A stretch of DNA of 64,000 nucleotides from Eledone cirrhosa. Lineage: Eukaryota. A program made the position numbers and the translations under genes. Below the pieces are notes generated by a model. The model ran no database searches and was not told where the DNA came from. It saw nothing but the letters and a program-made list of their open reading frames with translations. The stretch is from NCBI GenBank assembly GCA_964016885.1, contig OZ024742.1, forward strand, positions 78,058,001 through 78,122,000, written 5' to 3'. This document shows positions 13,025 to 26,197 of this stretch, in pieces (the stretch's first letter is position 1; each line of letters starts with the position of its first letter).

Positions 13025-13332
13025 AAAGAAAAAGGGATGAAATCGAAAATGCAACTGAAGTCTTATTTTTTTTTAAATATATATATTTATTTGGTTCCTT
13101 TACCGGATGTGAGAAAAACCACAGACCCTCCATCTCAACTCACCTTTTGAAAAGCAGAAGAACTGCGAAACCGGTAAAGGAACCAAATAAATATATATAT
13201 TTAAAAAAAAATAAGACTTCAGTTGCATTTTCGATTTCATCCCTTTTTCTTTATACTTCCACTCGTGTAGGACACCTCGGTTATTTTTCATTTTGTAAAA
13301 AAGAAAAGAAAAAAAAAAACAAAAAAACTCAC

Positions 13333-13340
<8 letters not shown>
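13025..13340 (+). mobile_element. Short pLTR-type unit with inverted 5' duplication; second copy at 29210-29520
   Basis: 13025-13106 is the inverse of about 13171-13253. The copy at 29.2 kb has different inversion breakpoints. Confidence 0.8.
13143..13180 (+). ncRNA. Type I hammerhead with U3-A8 covariant core (also 29289-29324 minus)
   Basis: cctt-TTGAAAA-gcag aagaa ctgc-GAAA-CCGG-TA-aagg. Confidence 0.8.
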
Positions 13341-13393
<53 letters not shown>

Positions 13394-13449
13394 TATATGT
13401 ATATATATATGTATATATATATATATATATATAATTATATATGTATATA

Positions 13450-13531
<82 letters not shown>

Positions 13532-13584
13532 ATATATATATATATATATGTATATGTATATATATATAATTATATATGTATATA

Positions 13585-13635
<51 letters not shown>

Positions 13636-13645
13636 ATATATATAT

Positions 13646-13679
<34 letters not shown>

Positions 13680-13686
13680 ATGTGTA

Positions 13687-13760
<74 letters not shown>

Positions 13761-14024
13761 TAATAATAATAATGCTTTCTTTATTAACCACAAAAGTTTA
13801 CATAAAGTAGACATTAAGGACAGTACAGGACAATACAGGGCGGTACAAATGGGCATTTCTGCGTGTAAAAAACAAGAAACAGAGGATGTAATAATAGAAC
13901 AATGAAAAAAATTCTTCAATAGGGGGGAGACTTCCGAGGGGCATTCGTGGAGAAAGCCCATTAAAAAGACACAGTGACCTTGACCACCAGGGCAAGTGCC
14001 CTCTCCCAGTTTTCCACCTTTAAT

Positions 14025-17000
14025 TTACAGACACAAACTCAGAGTAGGCCCATTCACTCGGGCCATTCTTGCCTCTCTCACCCATCTTTCAACAAAATGC
14101 TGGGAAGAGAGCACTTCCCTTTCTACCCTGATTTTCCTTTTTAAATGAAATTTGAAAAAGTTAATCAGGGCATCACTGAAGAGGTAAGTGCCCTTCTTCA
14201 GCCCTTTCAAACGTGTCCACCATACTATCACTTTCGCCATGGCCACCAGACAGATAAAAACTGCCTGCCCTTCCCGGCTAAAGGAAGAGGGCGGGGCAAT
14301 GCTCACGATGGACTCAGCAGGTGTTCGACATAAACCCACAAGTCAGCAATGCTCGGACACTGGACGAGTGCGTGCAGGACGGTTTCGTCGCCTGAAGACA
14401 TTCCAGTCTCCAAGTGCTCGATCTCGGTCTTCTCTTGACCCAGGACTGCAGCTCCGTCAAGGAGACGAGCTGGGGAAAGGCGCGTCTAGCAAACGGAGAC
14501 CACACCTGATCACCGTCGAGGAAGAGGTGGAGATGTCGTAGCCTTAGCGCGTGTCTGCGCATCATCAGCCGCGGCATTCCCAGCCCTCCACGTAGCGGGT
14601 GTTGACAGCAGATGGACCGCCTGACCATTGGGGCGCGTCCCTTCCACAAAAAGCGATAGAGTAAACGCTCCAGCGCAGTCAGGCGGGGCTTAGGACAAGG
14701 TACGGCGGTCAGGCGGTAGAAGATGACGGACGCGATATACGCGTTAGCCACCTCCGCTCGACCTTTCAGGGATAGCTTCCTCTCGGCCCATTTCTGGGTG
14801 AGAGAAGCCACCCTGCTTGTCACCTCGTCCCAGTTTTTTTTCCGTCTGGAGATACGGACCGAACCAGACCCCTAGCAATTTAACCGGTCCTTCCGTCCAG
14901 CGCCCGACGACGCTGTTGGACGGCATGGACCTACTTCTCCAAGTGCCGATCTGCAGGCCCACTGACTTTTCCTGCTTGATCATTGCTCCTGTCACCGCTT
15001 CATATTCTCTTAGTATAGTGCCGATCACCTCGATGTGTTTCGCGTTCGACACCACTACGGTGACATCGTCCGCATATGCTGACACGGATCTTCCGCAACC
15101 TAGTTCGCGCGGGACCCCCATCAACGTCTCCAGTTTGTGCAGTAATGGCTCGAGAGTCAATACGTACAAGAGGGACCAGAGGGGACATCCTTGGCGGACC
15201 GAGCGCATGATGTTGAACGGTTCCGAAAGGTGACCGTTCACTCTCACCACAGAGCAGATGTCGCTGTGCATGGCAGCGATCCAGCCTCTGAAGACGGGCC
15301 CAAAGCCAGCTGCCCTCAGGACTGCCGTTAGGTAACGATGGTCGACCCTATCGAAAGCTTTCGACTGATCTAAATTGATCAAGGACCCATCCGTGCCAGG
15401 TTCCCTAGCTACCCTCTCTACGATGTATCGCATGAGGTGGAGGTTGTCGTGGATGGATCTGTCGGGAATGGATCATGTCTGCGCCTCTCTCACCAAACCA
15501 CCAACGACAAACGCCAACCTCTTTGCTAGCACCTTGGCCAAAATCTTGAACTCTGTGTTTAGCAGAGTTATGGGCCTAAAATTATCTATGTTATTCCCCT
15601 TGTTTGGATCCTTTCTCAGCAGCGCCACAGCTCCTCGGCTCACACAGCTTGGAATTCTCCTGTTCTGTTGCCAGTTGCAGTAGACGTCCGCCAAGATGCC
15701 TCCGAACAAGTCTGGCATCTGTACGTAAAGTTCATAGGGAAGACCATCCAAACCAGGCGATTTACCGCTTGTGCAGCCAGTCATTGCCTCCCGTACTTCA
15801 GCGGCGGATATCGGCTTTTCGCAACACTCCGCCTCAGTGGCCGAGAGCCGCGACAGTCCGTCGAGGTAGACGCAAAATCCATCCCTCGATCCGGCCCGCC
15901 GCTGCCCCCGAGCAGCTGAGCGAAATGTCGCTGAAAAGCTTCACACATTTGCCCGGGATCGAGTAGCATGCGCCCGTCGTGGTCCACCAAAGACCGGATC
16001 GTGGCTTTGTTGCCACGACGTGCCTCCGTCCCCTCCTGTCTGAGAGTACGCCCCCCCTAGCTCTGACAACGCAGCCTTCGTGCTTCGCATTGAAGAATTG
16101 GCCAAGGGCCAATTTCGCCGCAAGTACGTCGGTTGCGATGCCTTTGCGAGCCTCGTCTAATTTTCTAACTAATTTTCCCTCTGCTCTATTTTTCTCTATT
16201 GTTAAAGCCTTACTAAACCTAATGGACTCTATTCTAATTGCTCTTTTCAGAGCAAATCACCACTTGTTGCTGACGATTGCCCCCGTCAACGCCCGCTTAA
16301 CTAGTTCTCTAATCCGGTTTCTGTAGGCCTTGCGCGCTGGTAAGGACGCGTTTAGCTTCCAGTAGCCGGGTCCTCGTCTATGAAGCCTATCTAAGTCAAG
16401 CACGCAGATCACGAATTTGTTGTCCGTGTAACTGACTATCTTGAATTGTGGACAGCCTATGCTAGACCTATCTATTTCCCTACAAATACTCTATCTAGAT
16501 ATGATCTGGATGACCCTATACGATTTGTCCAAGTCCACATTGGCACATTCTGGAAATCCAATGGGTACTACAGTTCAAAACGCCTGAGCAGGTTGGTGAG
16601 GCTCTTGCACCCTCCTCCCCTATCTGCTAATCCCACACAGTCCCAGCGTGCATCTAAGATCCCGTTCTAGTCGCCCACTAACACTAAAGAGCGGGACGTT
16701 CCAAGAAAGGTCTCCAGACGCCGGAAGAAATCAGGCCGCGCTGCTCCTGTCGGGGCATAGACGGCCACTAGCCTGAAAGCTTGCCCGTCTACATTGGTCA
16801 CGTCTAGCACTACCAACTTACCTTCTGGGTCCAGGAAGATGGCCCGTATGGCGAGATCCAAACCTCTCCGAGAAATCACAGCAACACCTCCCCCCGATCC
16901 CGGACGGCTGGGAGATGCGTACACCTCGTAGCCGCCGAAGATCGGTGCGAAGGCCCGTGCTTCGGAGATTCTGTTCTCGCTGATGGCCACTACATCTATG

Positions 17001-17070
17001 TTTAGTGGCCCTGCTTCCATGACGACCCCAAGCCACGCGCATTTATGCTGCCTATTCTGAGTGAGGTCAT
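14025..17070 (-). pseudogene. Tx1 ORF2 (APE endonuclease + RT), frameshifted
   Basis: MTSLRIGSINARGL, AVYAP, KSPGLDGLP, FRPITLLN, LDQSKAFDRV, VRQGCPL, YADD, LLGVWF, KLSLKGRA, split over several ORFs. Confidence 0.9.
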
Positions 17071-17104
17071 GTTGAAATGGAGTGGAAAAGATGGGAAAGA
17101 CCAC

Positions 17105-18772
17105 TTACCTTACTTCTCGTAGAGGAAGGATGGTTTGTCCATCCTTCTCACTGCTTGTGGCCTCCTCCGGAACGATGTCCTTATAAATCCTCCTGGAGAG
17201 TGTTTGTCGGAAGTCTCCGATGTCTTTGGGGAATTTTTTTTTTAGTGTCGTGTACGTTTGCTGTGTGATGCGAGTGATTTGTATGTGCGGAGGTGGTGTG
17301 AACTTTTGGGTTGTTGTGTAGTCTTTTTCTGTGATGCTGGTGTTGTGTTGCATGTTGTGTAATAATTGGTTGTTGTTCAAATTTAATGCCGTGTAGTGTG
17401 TATCGTTTTGGTTGTTTGGTTTTGTTTGCGTTTGTTGTGGGTTTGTTTCTGTTACGCTTTTTGGTGACATTTGTGGTGTTGGTGATGGTGGTTTGGGGGT
17501 TAATGATGGTGATGGTGTTGGTGTTTGTGGTGATCAGGTTGGTGATGCTGGTGTGGATGGTGGCATATCTGTCCTAACTTTTTTGTTTGATAATTTATTT
17601 GTTTCTCTCTGTATTTTGTTTTTGGAGGGGGAAGGAAGAGTATTTTTTTCTTTTTTTGTTTCTTTTTTTCTTTTTTCCTGAAACCGTTTCCCACTCCTCG
17701 TCGTCACAATCGTCTCCAGTTGCGATAAGCCGGGGAGTGGAAAATCCTCCACAGGCGTTGGTTTTGGTTGTGGCATGGTGGATGGTGTAGGCACTGATGC
17801 CAGTTCTGGTGCGTTGGGTGGTGGTGGTGTTGGTTTTGCTACTGTTGCTTGGGTTGTTGCTGTTACAGTTGCTTCTGTTGTTGCTGCCATTTCTGCTGCT
17901 GGTGGTGTTGATGGTTTAGTCACTGGGGTGGGTAAGAGAGGTGGCCTCAACCTTTTCGCCTGAGGGTAGAAAGCCCTTAGGTGGGTTCCTTCACCACAAA
18001 CGACACACCTAGGCCTTCTGCCCTCGACGATTACGGTGATGTGGCTGCCGTCAGTGAGGTCTATTACCTCTGGGATCTCCTCAATGCTTTTATGGTCCGC
18101 TTGGATCAGGAGCTCCATCCCAGATCCGGACCAGTTCTCCTGCTTTTCTTTAACTATTTCGATTATCTTGGTGTTGGCCTCGATGCCGACGAGGACCGCA
18201 GTCATTAGCCAGGGAATTTCGATGGCCGGTGGAACGTGGGTCACCCTGATCTTCACGAGTCTCTGGCCACAATAGCTTGGGACGAGTGTGAAGTCGTCAA
18301 TTCTTAATGGGGCCATGGAGTGTTCTATGGCCTCCTGTGGTGTTCCAAATAACACGTCCACGGTTCCATATTTCTGCCCACGTCTGTCGTGGATTTTTTC
18401 TGCCCACACATGTTCCAAACCTTTTTGGATTTGGGACTCGGATGCCCGTTCCACTCGGCGCGATTTTATGTTAATTCTCCGATAAGACACGGTGCATAGC
18501 CGACGATGCTCCATTTTATTAGGTGGGGCAGTGAGGCTGAATCTGTACCCATCTTTCATTACCATTCTTTTGGCTTCTTCTAATTCCTCCTGAGTTACCT
18601 GGATCGCTTCGCATGTTTTTGCTACTCTGGCAAAACTCAGGGTAGTTATCTTAATTTCATTGTTGCTGTTGTTGTTATCGTTATTTTTGTTATTGTTAAT
18701 TTTAGTTTCAGTTGTGGTGGTGGTGGCGTCAGTGGTGTTCGGTGTGGAAGAGTTCATTCTGGTTGAATTCAT
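17105..18772 (-). pseudogene. Tx1 ORF1 (gag-like, zinc-knuckle remnant, Pro-rich linker), frameshifted
   Basis: ORFs 17534-18772 and 17105-17470 join, by comparison with copy B ORF 50030-50827. Contains CVVCGEGTH. Confidence 0.8.
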
Positions 18773-19262
18773 TTCGATATCACGAGTTAATTTATTTTTT
18801 TATTTTGTTTCTGTTGTCGCTGTGGTGGTGGTGATAGGGGTTGTCGCTGTGGTGGTGGTGGTGATGGGGTGGCGGCTTTAACACCTGCAGTCATTGGTAA
18901 AGGCGGGAAATGAATGTCTGGCTGAGACAAATTTAAATATTGCTACTGCTTATATTTTTAGTGTTGGCAAACGTAGTAATATTTACAATTGTGGTGTCGG
19001 TGTGAGGTGTTAGTGTGTGAGGAAGGATTGACTCTGAGTCGTCCATGATTTTTCAAAGAAGTTTGTTTTGTTTGATAATTATAAAAAGTCTAAATTTTGT
19101 GCTCAAGGCCCCAATATTTGTTAGTGTCCTTTTCAGAAATCAATGTATCTGCACTTATATACAGTTAGCAATAAAAATTTTCCATAAATGCAAATTTTAA
19201 ACAACTGAAAATAACAAACCTTTGCGGAGCTCACGATGATACGATTTACTACGTAGGTCGCC

Positions 19263-19338
<76 letters not shown>

Positions 19339-19345
19339 TTTTCTT

Positions 19346-19441
<96 letters not shown>

Positions 19442-19473
19442 AAGAAGAAGAAGAAGAAGAAGAAGAAGAAGAA
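19263..19473. repeat. Compound (TAA)n/(GAA)n microsatellite
   Basis: Direct reading. Confidence 0.95.
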
Positions 19474-19474
19474 T

Positions 19475-22400
19475 CACAAAAATAATTTTGAAACAAACCC
19501 TACAATTATTTTACCGATATCCAAGTCGGATATCGGTAAAATTAGCAAGCACATTCTAGATAGGGAAATCGCACAAATTAATGGAAAAAATTCATGGGGT
19601 AAGACTAACGAAGCAATAGAATGGTTCAATAGAATAAGAAATAGAGAAACATACGACTTCATACAATTTGCCATAAATGATTACTACGCATCCATATCCC
19701 CAGTCACCCTAGATAAAGCGCTAATATTTGCCCAAAATAACTCAGACCTTACCTCAGATGAAATTAAAATAATACTAACTGCTAGAAGGACTATCATAAA
19801 ATTTGAAAATAGCTACTGGGAAAGAAAAAATAGGAAGAATAGCTTCGATATCACAATGGGATCGAACGACTCAGCGCAAATAACGGATGTTGTGGGGATA
19901 TTTATAGCAAACAACTTACATAAAGAATTCAATAACCTCCAAGGAGGAATTTATAGAGATGACACGCTTCTTATAGCTAAAATCTTAAATAACCAGAACA
20001 TGGAAAGATTACGAAAAAACATTAGAACATTCTTCAAAAAACTAGGCCTAGATATTACTTAGGAACTGAATTCTAAAAAGGCAAACTTTCTATACGTAAC
20101 TCTAAACCTAAACAGAGGATTGATAGAACCCTTCCACAAAAATAATGAGAATCTAGCCTACATTAGTTATAACTCAAACCACCCCCGATCCATAATTAAC
20201 TCCATAGCACGTAGTATATCCATTAGAATATCCTGTCTATCCTCAAACCAAGAAGTGTTTAATGAACATGCTAATTATTATAACGCAGCATTACATAAGG
20301 CTGGACACAAAGAAAAGCTGCAGTTTATAACAGATAAGGACAACACAAACAAACCCATTAACACCAACACCAACCGCTCATACAAAAATAAAGGTAACAG
20401 GACTAGGCATAGAACTAGGCAAGTAGCACCTAGAGTAGGAGGACAGAACTCTAATAATAGAAACCCCAGAAACTATAGAAGAACTAGAGAAAGAAAATAC
20501 CTATGATTTAATCCGATCTTCAACTCCTCTATAAGAACTAAACCGCCTTCTACGTTTGTTAAACTAATAGATAAACACTTCACTACATCGCATAGATACA
20601 ATAAAATCTTCAATAGAAAAACTATAAAACTTTCATACTCTACTGCAGCCAACATTGAATCGCACATACGCAAGATCAACCACCAAAATACCTCTAAGAA
20701 AACTATCTAGCCTATACGCAACATAGCACCAAATACTAAACACAAACACATTACTGTATACCAACCACAAACGCATAGGAACACACCACAGCAAATCTTC
20801 AATAGGCATGAATCACAACCCGCACATAACATTTTGCAAAACCGCAATGTGAAAGCTGCACGGAATAATACTTCAAACTGCAATTGTCACCTACCAGATA
20901 AGTGCTCATTAGCGAATAGGTGCCTAGATTCTAGCCTAGTGTACATGTGTACTGTAAACTCGGGCAACTCCACATGGCACTACATTGGATCCACCGCGGG
21001 TGTTTTTAAAAAAAGGTGGTATGTACACAGACATTCAATGAGGAATCGTGCACTGGTAAATTCTACACCCCTCGCCAATAAAATCTAGCATCTTAAGGAC
21101 AAAAACCTTGATTACAATATTAGCTGGTCGAATTTAGCGGCCGCAAAGGCCTATAGCAGCGGTATGTCCCATTGCGGGCTCTGCAACCTTGAATTGCTAC
21201 ATATCTTAAGGAACGATAAAATGCTACTTAACAGCAAAATAGAAAGGTTAATTTTCTGCAGACATAGGATTGCTAAAAAATTCACGAGATTTAAATCACC
21301 GTGAATCGAACCAGCATCCCCTATATTAAAGGAAAATCACTTAGCATTTAATATATGAAATCCACATTCTCACACAGCCCACTTCAGTACCATAATCTTA
21401 TATATACACCTTCTAGCCTCCCTTCATCAATACCACTAGGATGGGGCAGTAATGTCTACAATTATCTTGTCAGCCCATAAATCAATCCCATCTTTGCTGT
21501 TGTTTATTCGTTCGGACCAAACAATTATATCTACATATCTGACATTAGCACTCATGATCTCTAACAGATGAACTTAATTCTAAGTACATTATATTATTAC
21601 TCCTACACTCCTTGAAATCTTATTTTCTTCTTCTTATTATTATTATGATCATCTCAATGTATCCCTAATTTTATTCATCATGTTCTCTCTATATACCATG
21701 CATATTTTATTGTTTTTATTACTTTTATTGTCTCTATTATTGTTGTTATTGTTGTCTTATTTATACACTATTTGTTATTGATGTTGTGAAAACTAAACCG
21801 CCATAATTCGAACTAACAATCCCAACTTTTAGAATAGGCCACCTAAACCTTTAAATACCGAATCTACAACTTCACTTAATACCACACAAGAACCATATAT
21901 CTCTATACACTAACTCTATCAATCTCACTAAGTTGATACAACGAAAATACATATATGTTAAACTATAAATCAATCTCCGGTTTATTGCTAGTGAGCTTTT
22001 AGACCTACAGCACACTTATATCCCTCATAATTACTCCTAAATCCTGACTCCAAGTACATTTTATCAATTATCTCTTCACCACTTTAATACTACATCTAAT
22101 GTACCCTATAGTAGTTTTCACGTGTCAATTTCATACATCTGTATCATATCAGTTCGTGTAATATGCTAGATTTATAATTACACTCTATTTCTTATTTATA
22201 TTGATGTTATTATTTTAACTATTCAGTATCTAGTTATTTTATTATTGATATTATTGTTCTTGTTTAACACCACTCCTCTGTTAAAGCCATGCCGTGAGTA
22301 TTTTCCTCACTTCCGCACGCTCTGATGAAACAAGTGGTTATAAACAAAGTATTGGAGTTCGATTGACGTAACATCAAGCGATTAGTGAACTCTAGATTTA

Positions 22401-22650
22401 CCAGATCAAAGAAACAATTGTCAGCAATGTGAATAAGGCCCTTATTGTATAGCCAACCATGTCACTCTTCTTTCTTGAATTATTATTACTCCAAGTATAA
22501 CCTACATAGAAATCACCGCCAACTCGCAGCATCACTATGGAAACGTCTTGTTGAGTCAAACTAAGCCATACGTTAATACCATCCACAACAGGGAGTACTC
22601 TAACTGGACTACATCTAAGTGGATTGCCTATAACGATAGCCTGTTATCCC
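19475..22650 (+). mobile_element. 5'-truncated Penelope-like element (Naiad-type): RT + GIY-YIG pseudogene 19481-21304, 3' region with decayed hammerhead near 22322
   Basis: One frame with 4 internal stops: KSDIGKISK, FDITMGSNDSA, GIYRDD, SNHP, L*FNP, SYS, CNC..C..CL, LVY..YIGST..FKKRW..H, CGLC, CRH. Confidence 0.88.
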
Positions 22651-22770
22651 GTATATATATATATTTATATATATATACATACATATCATATGATACATAC
22701 ATATATATATATAATTGGTGTGGGATGTTTAAAGCGTCCGTATGCGGTAGGTTGTTTGAGTACTCAGAAT

Positions 22771-22979
22771 CTGGTGCGACGAATAAAATTCATTAGACAT
22801 ATTACAATCGTTTCTCTGGCGACCAACTCGAGGCACGTTTCCAGGAAACTCTGCTTCGAAGAATCGAGACGTATCTTGCGATTTCAGAGTCAGGTTCGAT
22901 CATTACATAGATCATGCCTCGAGCTGGTCGCCAGAGAAACGTTTGTAATATGTCTAATACATTTTATTCGTCGCACCAC
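22771..22979. repeat. Inverted repeat, arms of about 64 bp around an 80-bp spacer
   Basis: tggtgcgacgaataaaa...cgaggca versus tgcctcga...ttttattcgtcgcacca. Confidence 0.8.
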
Positions 22980-23000
22980 TGATCCTCCGTTTCTTATGTG

Positions 23001-23063
<63 letters not shown>

Positions 23064-23257
23064 CCTTGCTAAGCTCTATGAAATTAATCAGACTCTTCCA
23101 TATTCTCACAGTCTTTTAATCCAATAGGTGTCCGATCTCGCTCACTCGATCTCTCTTTATATATATATATATATACAAATATAAATTAGCGACAATCGTA
23201 TTTCGGCTTTGGAATTAGCGAAAAACAACTTCCGAGATGTGTGGCAAGCGCTCCCTA

Positions 23258-23314
<57 letters not shown>

Positions 23315-23319
23315 GGGGG

Positions 23320-23361
<42 letters not shown>

Positions 23362-23399
23362 ATACGGGTAAAAAAGATCAACTACTCACTGACGAGATT

Positions 23400-24330
23400 A
23401 GAATAAAGAATTGCCGGAGAAAACTTACAAACTTAGCCATTTTGTCTATAGATTATAAAAAAGCTTACGATATGGTACTGCACAGCTGGATTTCGAAGCG
23501 GACAAAATACAGCACACGAAAATGAAAGAGATGTTAATTACTGTGTAATTCAGAAGGATTCGGAAAAGCAAACTAAATGGAATAAATATCATTATAGCTA
23601 TTACTGCTAGAGATGTTTCAGTGATATGGTATGGGTGTGGTGTAACTGAATGGACTAAACTGGAGGTCCAAACAATAGATAGGAAAACCTGAAAATGTTT
23701 CCCCATGTATGATACCCATCACTCAAGAGCTGACGTCAATCAGCCGTAAATGAAGAAGAGAGAGAGAGATCGGACACCTATTGGGTTAAAAGACTGTGAG
23801 AATATGGAAGAGTCTGATTAATTTCATAGAGCTTAGCAAGGATTTCCTGATCGAGGCAGTAAACAATGAACTGTTGTTAATGAAAACAGGAGGTGAAAGA
23901 AGTAATGGAGTAGTGCAAAACATGCATAAATATTTAAGAGAACAGAAAGCATTACATGGACAATTTGACAAATAATCAATGAACTGCAATTATACATGAG
24001 TTTAGAAAAAGAAGTCTAAACAAAGAAACGGAAAGCACTCTCATATCTGCCCCAAAACTATCAAAATCAGATACATTAGGAACCATATTTACGAGGTAGA
24101 TATATCGCCAATGTACAGAGTATGTGGAATGTTTGCGAAGACATTAGTGCACATTGTTACCTAGTGCTCTAATATGGCACAAAATGAATTTGTTTAAATG
24201 GAGCATGATGAAGTAGCCAGGATTATACATAGGAAACCCTGTCAAAGGTGGGGCTTTGAGTGTGAAGATAAACGGCACAATCATAAGTCAGAGTAGGCAA
24301 TTGAAGCTGAGAATTGGAAAATGTTATGAC
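23400..24330 (+). mobile_element. Decayed R4/Dong-type LINE fragment
   Basis: IDYKKAYDMVLHSWI, KLNG.N, EWTK..V..IDRKT, ALHGQF, KETES, RVCG...HIV..C, HDEVARIIH; many stops and an internal deletion. Confidence 0.72.
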
Positions 24331-25284
24331 ATTCTTTACAGAGGACTCAGTAATCAACTCGAGTTGTCTTTCACGCCTTAACAGCTGTACATTATAGAAC
24401 TACAGGTGACAAATATTCAGGCATCGAGCTTGTGATTGACGGCAACCCAGGGCAATTTGACAGCAACCCAGTGTCTAAGGAACATATCCTGAATTGGTAA
24501 TGCTTTTCCTCGTGGATAACAATGCCGAGTCAGAGGATGTTGGGAATTTTCCATTAATTTTGAGTAAATAAACTACGTAGTTAATCTTCATCTACGTCCA
24601 GGTTCACTCACTAAATACCAACACATATGCCTCTCATGTAAACATGTTTTCAATTGAGTGATCAACGACACACCGCAAAACTCAAGAGTAGCAACATAGT
24701 GTAATCTCAGTAAAACAAAAACGCTAACATCTTCATGCGTACACTCATACTTATGCATACACAAACATCCCTAATTAATATTCATGGAATTTTTTAGAAA
24801 TAGTAGTTATCTCCTCGTGAAATAATACTCGATATATTGTGAAATATAGTTGTTGAAAGACAAAAGAAGATAGTGTCTTAGATGGCATGCTTTCTATTTT
24901 AAATCTGTTCGGAAATAATAAATCCCTTGTGACAGGTTTTCATACATTTTTCGTTTCTCAAATTTCACTTAGAAAGATTTATAGAAAATGCTTTTTAATT
25001 TTCATTTTTAAAAAAATGCTTTTCAAAAGGTAAAGTGCCGTAAATTCGAACCTTAAATCACAATTCCGAAGAGAGTTTTGTAACGACACCTGTGCCAAAT
25101 AATATTACTACAAAAAGCACCGAAAAAAAAGGTGTGAGTAAACAAAGTTTATTAATTTAATTGTAAATATAACCCTGACAAATTTTAACATTAGTTAGTC
25201 TTTCATTATACAATTTCAGATAAATTTGCTTAACAAAATATATATACCAGAAACTGTTATTTAGCAGTGATGTAGTAACTTGTT

Positions 25285-25570
25285 TAAGTGAAGGTGGTTG
25301 GCTTTGTGGTTAGAGAATTCGGCTCCCGACAGCTCGTTATGTCCTTGAACAAAACACTTTATTTCGTGTAGCTCCAATCCCTTCAGCTGGCAAAAATGAG
25401 TTGTACTAGCAATTCGAAGGGCGAGCACTGTCCAATTCTGTGTCACGCCTTAAATGCACAGGCGTCTGTAGAATGCTCAGCCACCTTCACGTTAATTTCA
25501 CGAGCAGGCTGTTCCGTTTGATTGTAACAACTAGAACAGCCATCGTCTTAACTGATGGAGCGCCAGTTAG
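25285..25570 (+). mobile_element. Degenerate tRNA-derived SINE
   Basis: A-box-like tggctttgtggtt, core tccttgaacaaaacacttt...cagctg, and a tail resembling cephalopod SINEs as I recall them. Confidence 0.5.
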
Positions 25571-26057
25571 TAACTTGTTTATTATGCACGACTTATTCCA
25601 CTTCTTGTAAACTATATCAGCTGAAATTGCATGGACAGAAAATATCGATTGGATGTTCAGTTTAGGAAGTAACGTTTGGAAATTATTGATTTTCTAGTTT
25701 ACAACTTTTAAAAATTAATTCTTATTTCATCACATCAATTCATCATGTCAGAAAAATAATTAGCTATATAAATACCTTGGACGAACATGCAACACGGTGA
25801 TTCATCTAGAGCTGGATTGACGGTAATTCAACACCAATCACACATAGTGCTATTGGCATTTTATCTCACATCACAGTTTGAATAAGAAAATACATATATA
25901 TATGTATGTGTGTGTGTGTGTGTGTGTGTGTGCGCGTGTGTGTACGTAAGTATATCAGTATCGAATAAAATTTTCGACACTGAGAGATGCCAGATGATGA
26001 TTCGTAAATATATGTGTTTCTCTTTGTGTATTCCTCTGGGTGGAATATACATATACT

Positions 26058-26197
<140 letters not shown>

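Larger units (their letters stand above)
13774..19262 (-). mobile_element. Near-full-length Tx1/L1-clade LINE, copy A, in (TAA)n
   Basis: 5' UTR starts GGCGACCTACGTAG, followed by ORF1, ORF2 (APE + RT) and AATAAA. (TAA)n at 13696-13773 and 19263-19412. Confidence 0.92.

Noticed and set aside
20504-20506. In-frame TGA in the Naiad-type element as possible selenocysteine
   Set aside because: It falls at the Trp position of the WFNP motif, not at a Cys, and three other in-frame stops are TAG, so this is ordinary decay.
22900-22950. Possible hammerhead (attaca...GAAACGTT tgtaat)
   Set aside because: The 5' core reads TAGATCA, too far from CTGANGA to call.
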